64,000 nucleotides of DNA from Macrostomum hystrix. Lineage: Eukaryota > Animalia > Platyhelminthes. The stretch lies in NCBI GenBank assembly GCA_950097015.1, contig CATNEN010000024.1, forward strand, positions 4,030,001 through 4,094,000, read 5' to 3'. A program made the position numbers and the translations under genes. The notes beneath the pieces are model-generated. The model searched no databases. It was not told the origin of the DNA and worked only from the letters and a program-made list of their open reading frames with translations. Shown one piece after another: positions 54,726-64,000 of the stretch. Every line of letters begins with the position of its first letter. The first letter of the stretch is position 1.

Positions 54726-56135
54726 GATTTGCTAATAACTGTGCAACCCGATTGGCCATTGTCCTTGGCCGATGAGGCTCCAATCTGGATCAACGTGCGC
54801 CGTCGCTGTCAAAACAATAGCAGCAGCGGCAGCAACAGCGGCATAGCCTGCCGCAAGTATCGAGCTCAGATTAGCACTCTCCGTCAGCCGACGACAGTTT
54901 CTGAAGTGACAGCCGAGCCTGTAGCCTCGCCGAACAGCGCATCCCAGGATGAGATCGCACAGCTGACGCTCAGCCTGCCGCAGCCCCGGCTGCTTCGCGT
55001 TCGTTGCACCTTCGCCGGCGAAGCTGTTGTCCATTTGGCGGCCTTCCAGTCGCCGCAGGCCACGCTGGACGGCCTGCACGCTGGCAAAGCTGTAAACAGC
55101 GTCGACGTCACTCCCGGCGGCATCGGCGTCTCTAGCGACAAGACTGGCCGGCTTCTCGTCTGGGACACGGCCACCGGCGAGATCCGACGTCGGCTAGAAG
55201 GCCACACTGGCGACGTCTACACCTGCCGCTTCTTCCCCTCTGGTATTGTTGCCATGAGCGGCGGCGCCGACTGCCGCATCCGCATCTGGGCCTGCGACAC
55301 GGGCAACTGCGCCGCTGTCATGGTCGGGCACCTCGGCGGAGTTGCAGCCCTCACACCGGTGGATCGCGGCCGGAATCTGGTGTCCGCAGGCCGTGACGGC
55401 GTACTTCGCCTGTGGGACGTCGGCCAGCAGCGATGCCTGGCCGTCTACGGCGAGGCTGCGAATCCCCCGGATCCCATCAACTGTCTGTGCCTATTGACGC
55501 CCTCAAGTAGTCTGATTGCGGCTGCGGAGGCGGCTGTGGAAACAGCGTCTGTCCGGCCTGCCGCTGTCTCCACGGATCGGGAGGTCGGCACTGCCGGCAA
55601 GGCGGTCCTAGTTGGACACGAATCCGGCCGGCTGGTCTGCCACAGTCTGGCTGGCCGGCGCTCTCAAATCTGGTCCATCCACTTACCGGCCGCCGTCAAC
55701 TTTGCCTGCCCGGCGCCTGACAGCCCTGCTACAGCAGCTGTCGGCTGCTCCGATGGCCGCCTACTGATTGTCCGATTTGACGGACCGAGATTGCCACCAA
55801 CTTCGCTTGATGCCGACTGTTGCGCTGAAAACGGCGACAACATTGAGGGAAATAGTAGCAGTATTGATCGCCTTCGACAGCAGCTGCTAATGCTGGGCCC
55901 CCTGCTGTGCGGCAGCTTCTTGCGCCAGCCCGACCGGCTGGTTGTCGGCACCCAGAATGGCGTCTGCGCCTTGCTCAAATTGTCGCCGCTTGGTGACACT
56001 GCCTCGGCACCCGCTATTGAGACACTGCTAATGCTCACCGGGTCAGACTGTGATCCTATCTACTGTCTGGCTTGGGATGCCGGCCACCTGTACACCGGCT
56101 GCAGGGATGGCCGAGTTCGCAAATATAGCTGCTGA
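54726..56135 (+). CDS. PAAF1: Proteasomal ATPase-associated factor 1 (WD40 protein); start codon not encoded in this exon
   Basis: The open frame follows a 3' splice site (tactgac...ttgcag|GAT). The N-terminal ITVQPDW segment resembles IQSDW of PAAF1. WD repeats: LEGHTGDVYTCRFFPSGIVAMSGGADCRIRIW and GHLGGVAALTPVDRGRNLVSAGRDGVLRLWD. Also DREVGTAGK, and the C-terminal LTGSDCDPIY...YTGCRDGRVRKY. Confidence 0.88.
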   Translation, partial: DLLITVQPDWPLSLADEAPIWINVRRRCQNNSSSGSNSGIACRKYRAQISTLRQPTTVSEVTAEPVASPNSASQDEIAQLTLSLPQPRLLRVRCTFAGEAVVHLAAFQSPQATLDGLHAGKAVNSVDVTPGGIGVSSDKTGRLLVWDTATGEIRRRLEGHTGDVYTCRFFPSGIVAMSGGADCRIRIWACDTGNCAAVMVGHLGGVAALTPVDRGRNLVSAGRDGVLRLWDVGQQRCLAVYGEAANPPDPINCLCLLTPSSSLIAAAEAAVETASVRPAAVSTDREVGTAGKAVLVGHESGRLVCHSLAGRRSQIWSIHLPAAVNFACPAPDSPATAAVGCSDGRLLIVRFDGPRLPPTSLDADCCAENGDNIEGNSSSIDRLRQQLLMLGPLLCGSFLRQPDRLVVGTQNGVCALLKLSPLGDTASAPAIETLLMLTGSDCDPIYCLAWDAGHLYTGCRDGRVRKYSC

Positions 56136-56922
56136 CTGCTAAATTCTGAATTCTCTTAGAAAAAAAAGCAACTGAAATAGTTTAAAGCGCTCGTATTGCC
56201 ATAATCGCATTTCCTTTTTTCCTAGTAGGCATCCTGTTGCCTTACTTCTTTGGACACCTGTAAATCTTTATTTACCAGTGATTTTCGCAAATAAACAAGA
56301 TGCGCAACAATTTATTGACGGAACCGATCATTTTAAAACGATAATAAAGGTCGTCTAGATAAGAACAAAAGGTCGTCAGTGAACACCGAAGTCGGAGATG
56401 ATGCAGGCACATTCGGGTGATATGCTGATAAAGTCGCAGTTTGAATTGGTGCATATGGGTGTATGAAATGCACTAGCGCTTATGGGAAAAATTCTACCTT
56501 CGACCAGAACCGATGAATATCTCGACGGTCTGAAGGGCTGCCCACTTGATTCTTGTTTCAGAAGATGCGCAACAAAAAGTTGGCCCGTGTTCTTGAGTTT
56601 CGTGTGCTTGCGTTGCTCCGTTCGGGTACATCTGTTAAACTTGTTAAATTGCTTTTACGCATGTTTTGTGTAAATTATTGAGCACACCGACTGGCTGTAG
56701 AAGACAAAATATGATTGGCTGGGCCAGAATTGGCGATGAGGCTGTCAAAACTCTGGCGAAGACGTAGGTGGATCGATAGGCGATCGATAAATAAACGTGG
56801 GGAGAATGTGCAGGGCTAGACCAGACTGATCGATAATACTCGTAGATTAATCGATAATGCGTGAATCCATAATGGCAGACAATAGGGGAGCTAGAGAACG
56901 AAGGGCGCACAGAGAATACGAT

Positions 56923-59578
56923 GGTTTACTCCCGATTCGCTGATTCGCCGAATTCCCGATTCGCCGAAATTCCTGACTCGCCGAATTCCCGATTCGCCGA
57001 AATCCCTGACTCGCCGAATTCCCGATTTGCCGAAATTCCTGACTCGAATCCTGATTCAATACATCTTACTTTATCATAAATTAAAATTAAACCACATAAC
57101 CATTGCCCTCTTTGAGTGTTGGTCAAATATTGGAACTCTATTTCTATTGTATTGAAGTTAATTAAAAAACTAACTTAAATGAAATGTAGGATTCATACAT
57201 CGATTCATACATAATGGTGCCATAGACCATTTAAGCACAAAAAATCGATGTATGAGTTGCATTGTATTACGTTGGCTTACTACTTTAGATGGCGCGTTAG
57301 ATGCACGCTCAGTTAGACTTTGTCTTAACCATAGACAAAATGCGTGAAAGGCACGCAAGTTGATTGAGTGTTACGAAGAAGGGAATAAGAAGCTGTTAAA
57401 TTAAAATCACTTGTGAGAGAATATGGCTGAGCCACCAACTAAAGTCAGACTTCTGAATCTGAGCAAATTTCCGAACGAAATGATTTCCGGCTTGTCCACC
57501 AATGAGATTGACGACATCCTGAACGAGCCTGATAATCTACAGGAGTCGGCGATTGATCGAGAAGAGGAGGATCTTCTGGAGGCACTTTTCAAGAAGATAC
57601 CTGACGAAGAAGCTGAACTACTTGAATTGGAACAGCTCGTTTCCGAAATCGAGGACACCGCTGCTAGTAAGAGTGTGACAAAGGCTACCGAATATTATGT
57701 CGGTAAGTTGCAGAGCTTCATGGAGAACCATCCGTCAGTTCAGCGTGATTTGGCGACTTCTACACCGCGCGAGATCGATAGTCTATTGCGATGCTTCTAT
57801 GGCTCACTTCGCAAGAGGAATGGCGAATACTTTGCTCCAGCCACGTTGATTTGCATCCGAGCTGCGCTCTACCGGCATTTCATGTCGACAAGGCGAATCA
57901 ATATTCTAACTGACGACGCATTCTATGCTTCCAATACGACACTGAAGTCAATGGGCAGAATCTTCATTGCCCGAGGCGGACGCGCCCGACACTTTCAATC
58001 GATCGAGCCTGTTGATCTGAAGAGGCTGTCTGACTACTTCGATCGGAAATCTCCAGAGGTGCTACTTCATGAAGTGTACTACAACATTATTTTCTACTTT
58101 GGAAACAGAGGTCGCGAGTGAATCCGTTCACTGAGCGATGATTCCTTTCGATTCGAGACGGATTCCGATGGGATTGAAGTGTTGCTGGAACAGTAAAGAA
58201 TGTTGGCAAAGAACTCTCCAGGAACTCGTGTGACGATGTCAAGCAAGCTGTTATGAGTGCGTTGCCAGACAGAAGCCGCTGCCCTGTGGAAGCTATGAAG
58301 CTCTATTTAGCTCAGCGTGAGCAATCCATTCCATCAAGCAGTTCGGAGACGGTGAAAAGATATCCTTTCTTCTTACTGCCGAAAAAGACTGGTTGGGCAA
58401 ATGGAGCATGGTACTGCCCGAACAAGGCAATTGGTGTGAATCCCTTGGGCCAGCTGATGACCGTCATTTCAAAGAAGGCGAATTTATCAAAGTCATACAC
58501 TGCGCACTGCATTCGATCCACGGTAATAAAGGAGCTATCTAACGCAGGTTACAGTGTGTCTGATATCTGCAAAGTGACTGGCCATAAGCAGACGCGAACT
58601 GTAGAACGCTACTTACGCTTTGGCTCCAGAAGGGATGGTGAAATGCGAGACATGTCGGTCAGCTTGGCTTCTGCACTACACAAGGATGATTCCATGCAAG
58701 ACGTGATTATGAAAGACTCTTCTACCGTCATGAGCCAGTCACTGATTATTTCTGACACGTCGGACGTTGCTGGTGGGACGCCAAGTGATGACGCCAAGAA
58801 GAAGCCAACTGTGGTTTACAACTTCTACAACACTGTCAACAACTGCACGTTCAATTCTTAGAGTGAGTAATAGCAATGAACTTTTCCCATACTGAACTTC
58901 CAAATGCAGAACGCCTTCATCTTCATTCGCTTTCCCTGTCTGTGCACCTGCTAACCGTTCCTGTTACTGTAACTGTAATCGGGATTTACAAAAGCCTGTG
59001 TAGGGACCGAAAGGACGGGGTGTCCACGATGTGAATACACAATAAGCGATGTAAAGCATTTTCGATGACTTAAAATGGAAATCACTTGGGTCAGGCGTCT
59101 ACACAGTCTACCTTGTTTACACAATTCCATGTTGTTCGTTCGTTGTACTTGTAGCAGAAGTATACTTATTAAAATATACTCACTTTCCGTGCATTACACG
59201 CGTTAGACGCACGCTTGTTGTTTTTACTCAGATAGAAAATTGCCATAGACAACTACATTAGACGCACAGTAAATCGTGCATCTAACACGCGCCAGCGTGA
59301 TACAATGCACTTTCTTTATTCATTAACTTGTAAACTTGCTTCTAAACTTTATTAACTTAGATTGAGTGAGCAAAGAAGAACATCACACGTACTTCGGAAA
59401 AAGCAAAACTTGCTGGACATCCTTCGGGAAATTCGCCGAAATTCGGGAAATTCGGCGAATCGGGAATTTCGGCGAATCGGGAATTTCGGCGAATCGGCGA
59501 ATCGGGATTCGGCGAATCGGGAATTTCGGCGAATCGGGAATCGGTGAATCGGGAATTTCGGCGAATCGGGAGTAAACC
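56923..59578. mobile_element. 2,656-bp TIR DNA transposon with a 9-bp TSD (Mutator/Foldback-like ends) containing a tyrosine recombinase gene
   Basis: Both ends read GGTTTACTCCCGATTCGC (18 bp identical), followed by inverted arrays of ttcccgattcgccgaa (56930-57050 and 59420-59570). GAATACGAT sits immediately outside both ends (56914-22 and 59579-87). Confidence 0.88.
57423..58861 (+). pseudogene. Crypton-type (CryptonA/DUF3504-like) tyrosine recombinase interrupted by an in-frame TGA and a 1-nt frameshift
   Basis: ORF 57423-58121 has LRKRNGEYFAPATL..IRAALYRH and FGNRGRE (catalytic R). The reading continues past TGA 58119 as IRSLSDDSFRFETDSDGIE, then shifts at about 58179 into the frame of 58253-58861: CPV, YTAHCIRST (HxxR), VTGHK (H) and VERY (Y). 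Confidence 0.8.
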
Positions 59579-60070
59579 GAATACGATACGCTGATTGATA
59601 CTCGTACAATTGGGGATAAACACTTTCCGCGACAGTGTAAAAGCCTATAGGGCTATCTTTAAGACTGCGACGTGAATATTTCCAGATAAAATGCATTTTG
59701 TTTTTTGAAGTGTACTTAAGTTTGGTTAGCACAGCTTTAATTGTTTTGTTTTTTGAGATATTTTGCTCGAGGCATCTGAAAAAACGCGAGAGAAGACTGC
59801 AGACGGCATCGTTACAGTGCATGGTTATTCTTTTTACGTCTCTGCCTCTGCCTTTACAGAAGCTGCAGAACCCTTTGGGCGCTTTCCTGAGGCACTCCAC
59901 TTACACAGGCAGCATTCATTTGTTGAGAATTCATCTGACTAGTTTACGCAGGAAAATTGCTGCTTTCGAGTGGTATATACTCGTATATTAAATGGCGAAC
60001 GTTAAATACAAAAAAGTACTTCTCTTTCACGCCACTCATATCTTACCGCTTTAGTTTCAAGCTACGGAAA

Positions 60071-60712
60071 ATGCTTGCAAGTTTTTTTGTCATATCTTTG
60101 GCGCTTCTAGCCTCGTCGGCATCATCGTCCGCTGTTGATTCGCAGGACGCGGATGCAGCCGAGCAGCCAGCGGTGGTCCGCATGTCGATGCTGGTGCCCG
60201 CTGAGAAGATCTCTAATCGCCCTCTGGCCAGCCGCTTGCTTGGCTTCTCCTGGTCGGACTGCGGCCCGCCAGACAGCTGGGTGAAGATTCACTACCTTAG
60301 ATTGCAGCCAGATTACATCAAACTGGGCGGCACTGTTGTTATCAATGCTGCTTTCAACATTACAACTAGCTTTGGCGACACCCAGCCGCTCGAAGGTTCT
60401 GTGGAAATGCAGGTCAAATCGATTTTCGGATGGATAAAGTTGCCATGCATTAACAACATTGGTTCCTGTAGCTATGGCAATTTGTGCACTAGCCCGCCGC
60501 CGCCAAGCACTTGTCCGACAGCGTTTATTAAGGCCGGCATTCCTTGCAAGTGTCCATTTACGGCTGGCAACTATACTCTGACAGACTACGCCTTCACTGT
60601 TGACGGCTCTAAGTTTCCTGACGTGCTAAAAGGAGACTTTAAGGTGACCATGAATTTGAGGGTCGGAGGAAGGCAAATCTTCTGCATCAACTCTGAACTG
60701 TCCGTCAACTAG
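60071..60712 (+). CDS. GM2A: GM2 ganglioside activator-like ML-domain lipid-binding protein, secreted
   Basis: ATG at 60071 followed by a hydrophobic signal peptide. FSWSDCG, FGWIKLPCINNIGSCSYGNLC and CPTAFIKAGIPCKCPF give the GM2AP cysteine pattern. Confidence 0.88.
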   Translation: MLASFFVISLALLASSASSSAVDSQDADAAEQPAVVRMSMLVPAEKISNRPLASRLLGFSWSDCGPPDSWVKIHYLRLQPDYIKLGGTVVINAAFNITTSFGDTQPLEGSVEMQVKSIFGWIKLPCINNIGSCSYGNLCTSPPPPSTCPTAFIKAGIPCKCPFTAGNYTLTDYAFTVDGSKFPDVLKGDFKVTMNLRVGGRQIFCINSELSVN

Positions 60713-62277
60713 AATATTTACTGTATGGAGGATGTTGGCTTTTTAGGCTCCTAAAGCGTGTAGCACTAAACTTTTTTATTTTTGTAGTCGACTCTTTCTC
60801 TAATAGAAAAATAGATATAGAAGCTAGACTGGCATGATATTTACTTATATTTCTCTATATGGTATGTAAGAGACATAATTATACTGGTAAGATGGAAGTT
60901 TAATCTTATGCAGCCGTGCTGTGACAATATCTGTTTGTTTGCTTGCTACGAAACGAAATAGCTCGTAACATTTTACAGCTTAATTACAAAACGATAGTCT
61001 TTGATAAACGAGCTATTACAGCTTTTTACACGAAATATTTTTTTGCTTGAATTCATTGTGTCAAGTTGAAAACTAGGCAAGGAGACAGAAATGGTTATGG
61101 TACTTACATACCATATTTAGTAATAATAACTAGTGCTAAGTGACTTGACTAGGTACTAGACTAGGTGCTTCCTAGTCAAGTTATTTTGTACGGCAGTCCA
61201 GGACGTGACACCCCCTCGGTACAAACAAATGAATTCGTACACAATTAGCCTATTTACTAGGTCGTACATTCATTATTCCACAAAGTTTTACTGTTGCTAT
61301 GAATACTGCTTTCTTTTATAGACGTTCAATAAATTAAGACTCTTCGAAAAGTCTTATAACAATGACTTCTAAATGTTATTTCCTCGCTGTGAAGCTTTCT
61401 ACCAGAAACAATAGCATAACGTGAGCACTATGCTCTCGTATCGTCCTCTTATAGCGCCCCACCTTATTTATACACAGCTTCAGCTAGTTTTAAAGAAATA
61501 TAAATTTTGAGATGATTTCAGCTTACTTGAATGACAAATTAACGATAATAGGAACTAAAAAATCGGGCACATTAATCGTTATTTCATTTCTAAATTTCTA
61601 AACAGTTATTACTAAGGTCAAAAAGCGATTTGCAAATATGAAAACAAAAAACTGCGACCGGAATTAAAAGTATGGAAAACTACAAAAAATAGTCACTGAT
61701 TATCATAATAATGCGAATTGCGCTAAATAGCAAAGAGGCTGAATTAAAACCTTGAAAATCTCTCTCCACTCATCTCCTCTTCTCTTTCCTCCAATCCTCC
61801 TCCTTAGCAATCTAGTAATAAATAAGTGATAGTGATTTTAGCTAGTGCACTAAAAATAAACATGGAAATAAAACAAAAGGTCCAAAAAACAGTTGGTGCT
61901 TAAGAAATAAAAAAAGAGAAGTGATTGGTGTTTTAAATGGAGAAAAAATATTGAGATATTCAAGCCAGAAGAAGAAAAGCTATTTTAAATTCTGAAAAAA
62001 AACTAATAAAAAACACTAAAAAGACTCAAAAGCACAGGGGTAATCACTAACTAATATTTGTACAGTAGTTGTTTCTGCAAAGAGAAACCAAAGAGGAAAG
62101 TGCTAGAAAGATTAAATTAAAGAAAAAAGTTAAGACTAACACACCTAAATCGCTAGCTTTGTACCAATTGAGTATGCAACAACGGGCGTAGCCTCCTAAA
62201 GGCAATGGGGCATCGACCCCCCTAATCGGATGATTAAAGGACCCGACTCCTAATCTACATGTAAGGTGGCGCGCCTC

Positions 62278-63500
62278 TCCCCCCAAATCCAAGTTTGCAC
62301 TCCTCTCCCAAATCCAAGTAGGCACTCCTCCCCAAATCCAAGTAGGCACTCCTCTCCCAAATCCAAGTTTGCACTCCTCTCCCAAATCCAAGTAGGCACT
62401 CCTCCCCAAATCCAAGTAGGCACTCCTCTCCCAAATCCAAGTTTGCACTCCTCTCCCAAATCCAAGTAGGCACTCCTCTCCCAAATCCAAGTAGGCACTC
62501 CTCTCCCAAATCCAAGTAGGCACTCCTCTCCCAAATCCAAGTAGGCACTCCTCTCCCAAATCCAAGTAGGCACTCCTCCCCAAATCCAAGTAGGCACTCC
62601 TCTCCCAAATCCAAGTAGGCACTCCTCTCCCAAATCCAAGTAGGCACTCCTCTCCCAAATCCAAGTAGGCACTCCTCTCCCAAATCCAAGTTTGCACTCC
62701 TCTCCCAAATCCAAGTAGGCACTCCTCTCCCAAATCCAAGTTTGCACTCCTCTCCCAAATCCAAGTAGGCACTCCTCCCCAAATCCAAGTAGGCACTCCT
62801 CTCCCAAATCCAAGTTTGCACTCCTCTCCCAAATCCAAGTAGGCACTCCTCTCCCAAATCCAAGTAGGCACTCCTCTCCCAAATCCAAGTAGGCACTCCT
62901 CCCCAAATCCAAGTAGGCACTCCTCTCCCAAATCCAAGTTTGCACTCCTCTCCCAAATCCAAGTAGGCACTCCTCCCCAAATCCAAGTAGGCACTCCTCT
63001 CCCAAATCCAAGTTTGCACTCCTCTCCCAAATCCAAGTAGGCACTCCTCTCCCAAATCCAAGTAGGCACTCCTCTCCCAAATCCAAGTAGGCACTCCTCT
63101 CCCAAATCCAAGTAGGCACTCCTCTCCCAAATCCAAGTAGGCACTCCTCCCCAAATCCAAGTAGGCACTCCTCTCCCAAATCCAAGTAGGCACTCCTCTC
63201 CCAAATCCAAGTAGGCACTCCTCTCCCAAATCCAAGTAGGCACTCCTCTCCCAAATCCAAGTTTGCACTCCTCTCCCAAATCCAAGTAGGCACTCCTCTC
63301 CCAAATCCAAGTTTGCACTCCTCTCCCAAATCCAAGTAGGCACTCCTCCCCAAATCCAAGTAGGCACTCCTCTCCCAAATCCAAGTTTGCACTCCTCTCC
63401 CAAATCCAAGTAGGCACTCCTCTCCCAAATCCAAGTAGGCAACCCTCCCCCAAATCCAAGTAGGCACTCCTCTCCCAAATCCAATTAGGCACCCCTTCAT
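62278..63500. repeat. 24/25-bp minisatellite downstream of the CTH stop codon
   Basis: Unit cactcctctcccaaatccaagtagg, with variants ...gtttg and cactcctccccaaat. Confidence 0.97.
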
Positions 63501-63655
63501 CCAACAGAAAATCCAGGCTATGCCCCTGTGCGCAACTTTTTTGGCACTGAGAGAAACTCAGATAGTTCTGAAAGAAGCAAGTTTTCAAAGTTCTACTTGC
63601 TGTTCATTACATATGAAATAAATTGTGTTTCAAACTTTAAACACTGCCTTGCCAT

Positions 63656-64000
63656 TCAGCGGCTGTTATTTGGCGCCGACTTGCTTCGCTTAGCATCCGG
63701 GGTGCCGTCAGCGGCGGCGGCAGCTGCCAGGGCCTGATCTAAATCAGCCAGCAGCTCTTCTACATCTTCCAGACCGACAGACAGTCTAACGAACGAATCG
63801 GTGATGCCCAGCTCGGCTCGCTGCTCCGGCGGTACAGAGGCGTGCGTCATTATTGACGGCACTTCAGCAAGAGACTCGAAGCCGCCGAGCGATTCGGCCA
63901 GCGTGAAAACCCGCAACGCGGAGACAAACACGGAGGCGTCGACGCGCAGATAGGCGGACACCATGCCGGAGTAGCCGCGCTGCTGACGCTTGGCCAGCTG
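63656..64000 (-). CDS. CTH: Cystathionine gamma-lyase, 3' end (5' part outside the window)
   Basis: QLAKRQQRGYSGMVS...FTLAESLGGFESLAEVPSIMTHASVPPEQRAELGITDSFVRLSVGLEDVEELLADLDQAL, then TGA. This is the C-terminus of the Cys/Met metabolism PLP-dependent family. Confidence 0.92.
   Translation of the reverse strand, partial: QLAKRQQRGYSGMVSAYLRVDASVFVSALRVFTLAESLGGFESLAEVPSIMTHASVPPEQRAELGITDSFVRLSVGLEDVEELLADLDQALAAAAAADGTPDAKRSKSAPNNSR

Noticed and set aside
57423-58861. DIRS/Ngaro retroelement as the source of the tyrosine recombinase
   Set aside because: There is no gag, RT or RNase H ORF in the 2.6-kb element, and the N-terminal motif pattern fits Crypton-type recombinases.
59957-60070. 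N-terminal extension of the GM2A ORF from a TTG start
   Set aside because: The ATG at 60071 directly precedes a signal peptide; the upstream part is AT-rich and looks non-coding.

Overview
Intron-rich eukaryotic (animal) genomic DNA; there is no prokaryotic content and no CRISPR array. The mix of GC-rich exons, AT-rich spacers and a different minisatellite in almost every long intron suggests a free-living flatworm such as Macrostomum. That attribution is an inference and was not checked. Genes reconstructed by hand from splice sites: the 3' half of MAPKAPK2 (+), an EF-hand-like gene (-), an achaete-scute bHLH (+), a complete kinesin-3 of the KIF28/KLP-6 type (+) ending in a CaaX box, a low-complexity gene (-), DCTN6, GMPPA and PAAF1 (+, possibly an operon), a GM2-activator gene (+) and the 3' end of cystathionine gamma-lyase (-). 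Mobile DNA: two tRNA-headed SINE families (one carries a CORE domain), a solo LTR with a 5-bp TSD, a hAT MITE filled with a minisatellite, and a 323-bp MITE with a 9-bp TSD. Most notable is a 2,656-bp TIR element with a 9-bp TSD (Mutator/Foldback-like ends) whose only gene is a Crypton-type tyrosine recombinase. Other highlights: PAAF1 has no in-frame start codon after a clean 3' splice site and may take its AUG from a spliced leader, and several intronic minisatellites look like amplified splice junctions. Nearly all long ORFs in the supplied track that lie over repeats are artefacts.
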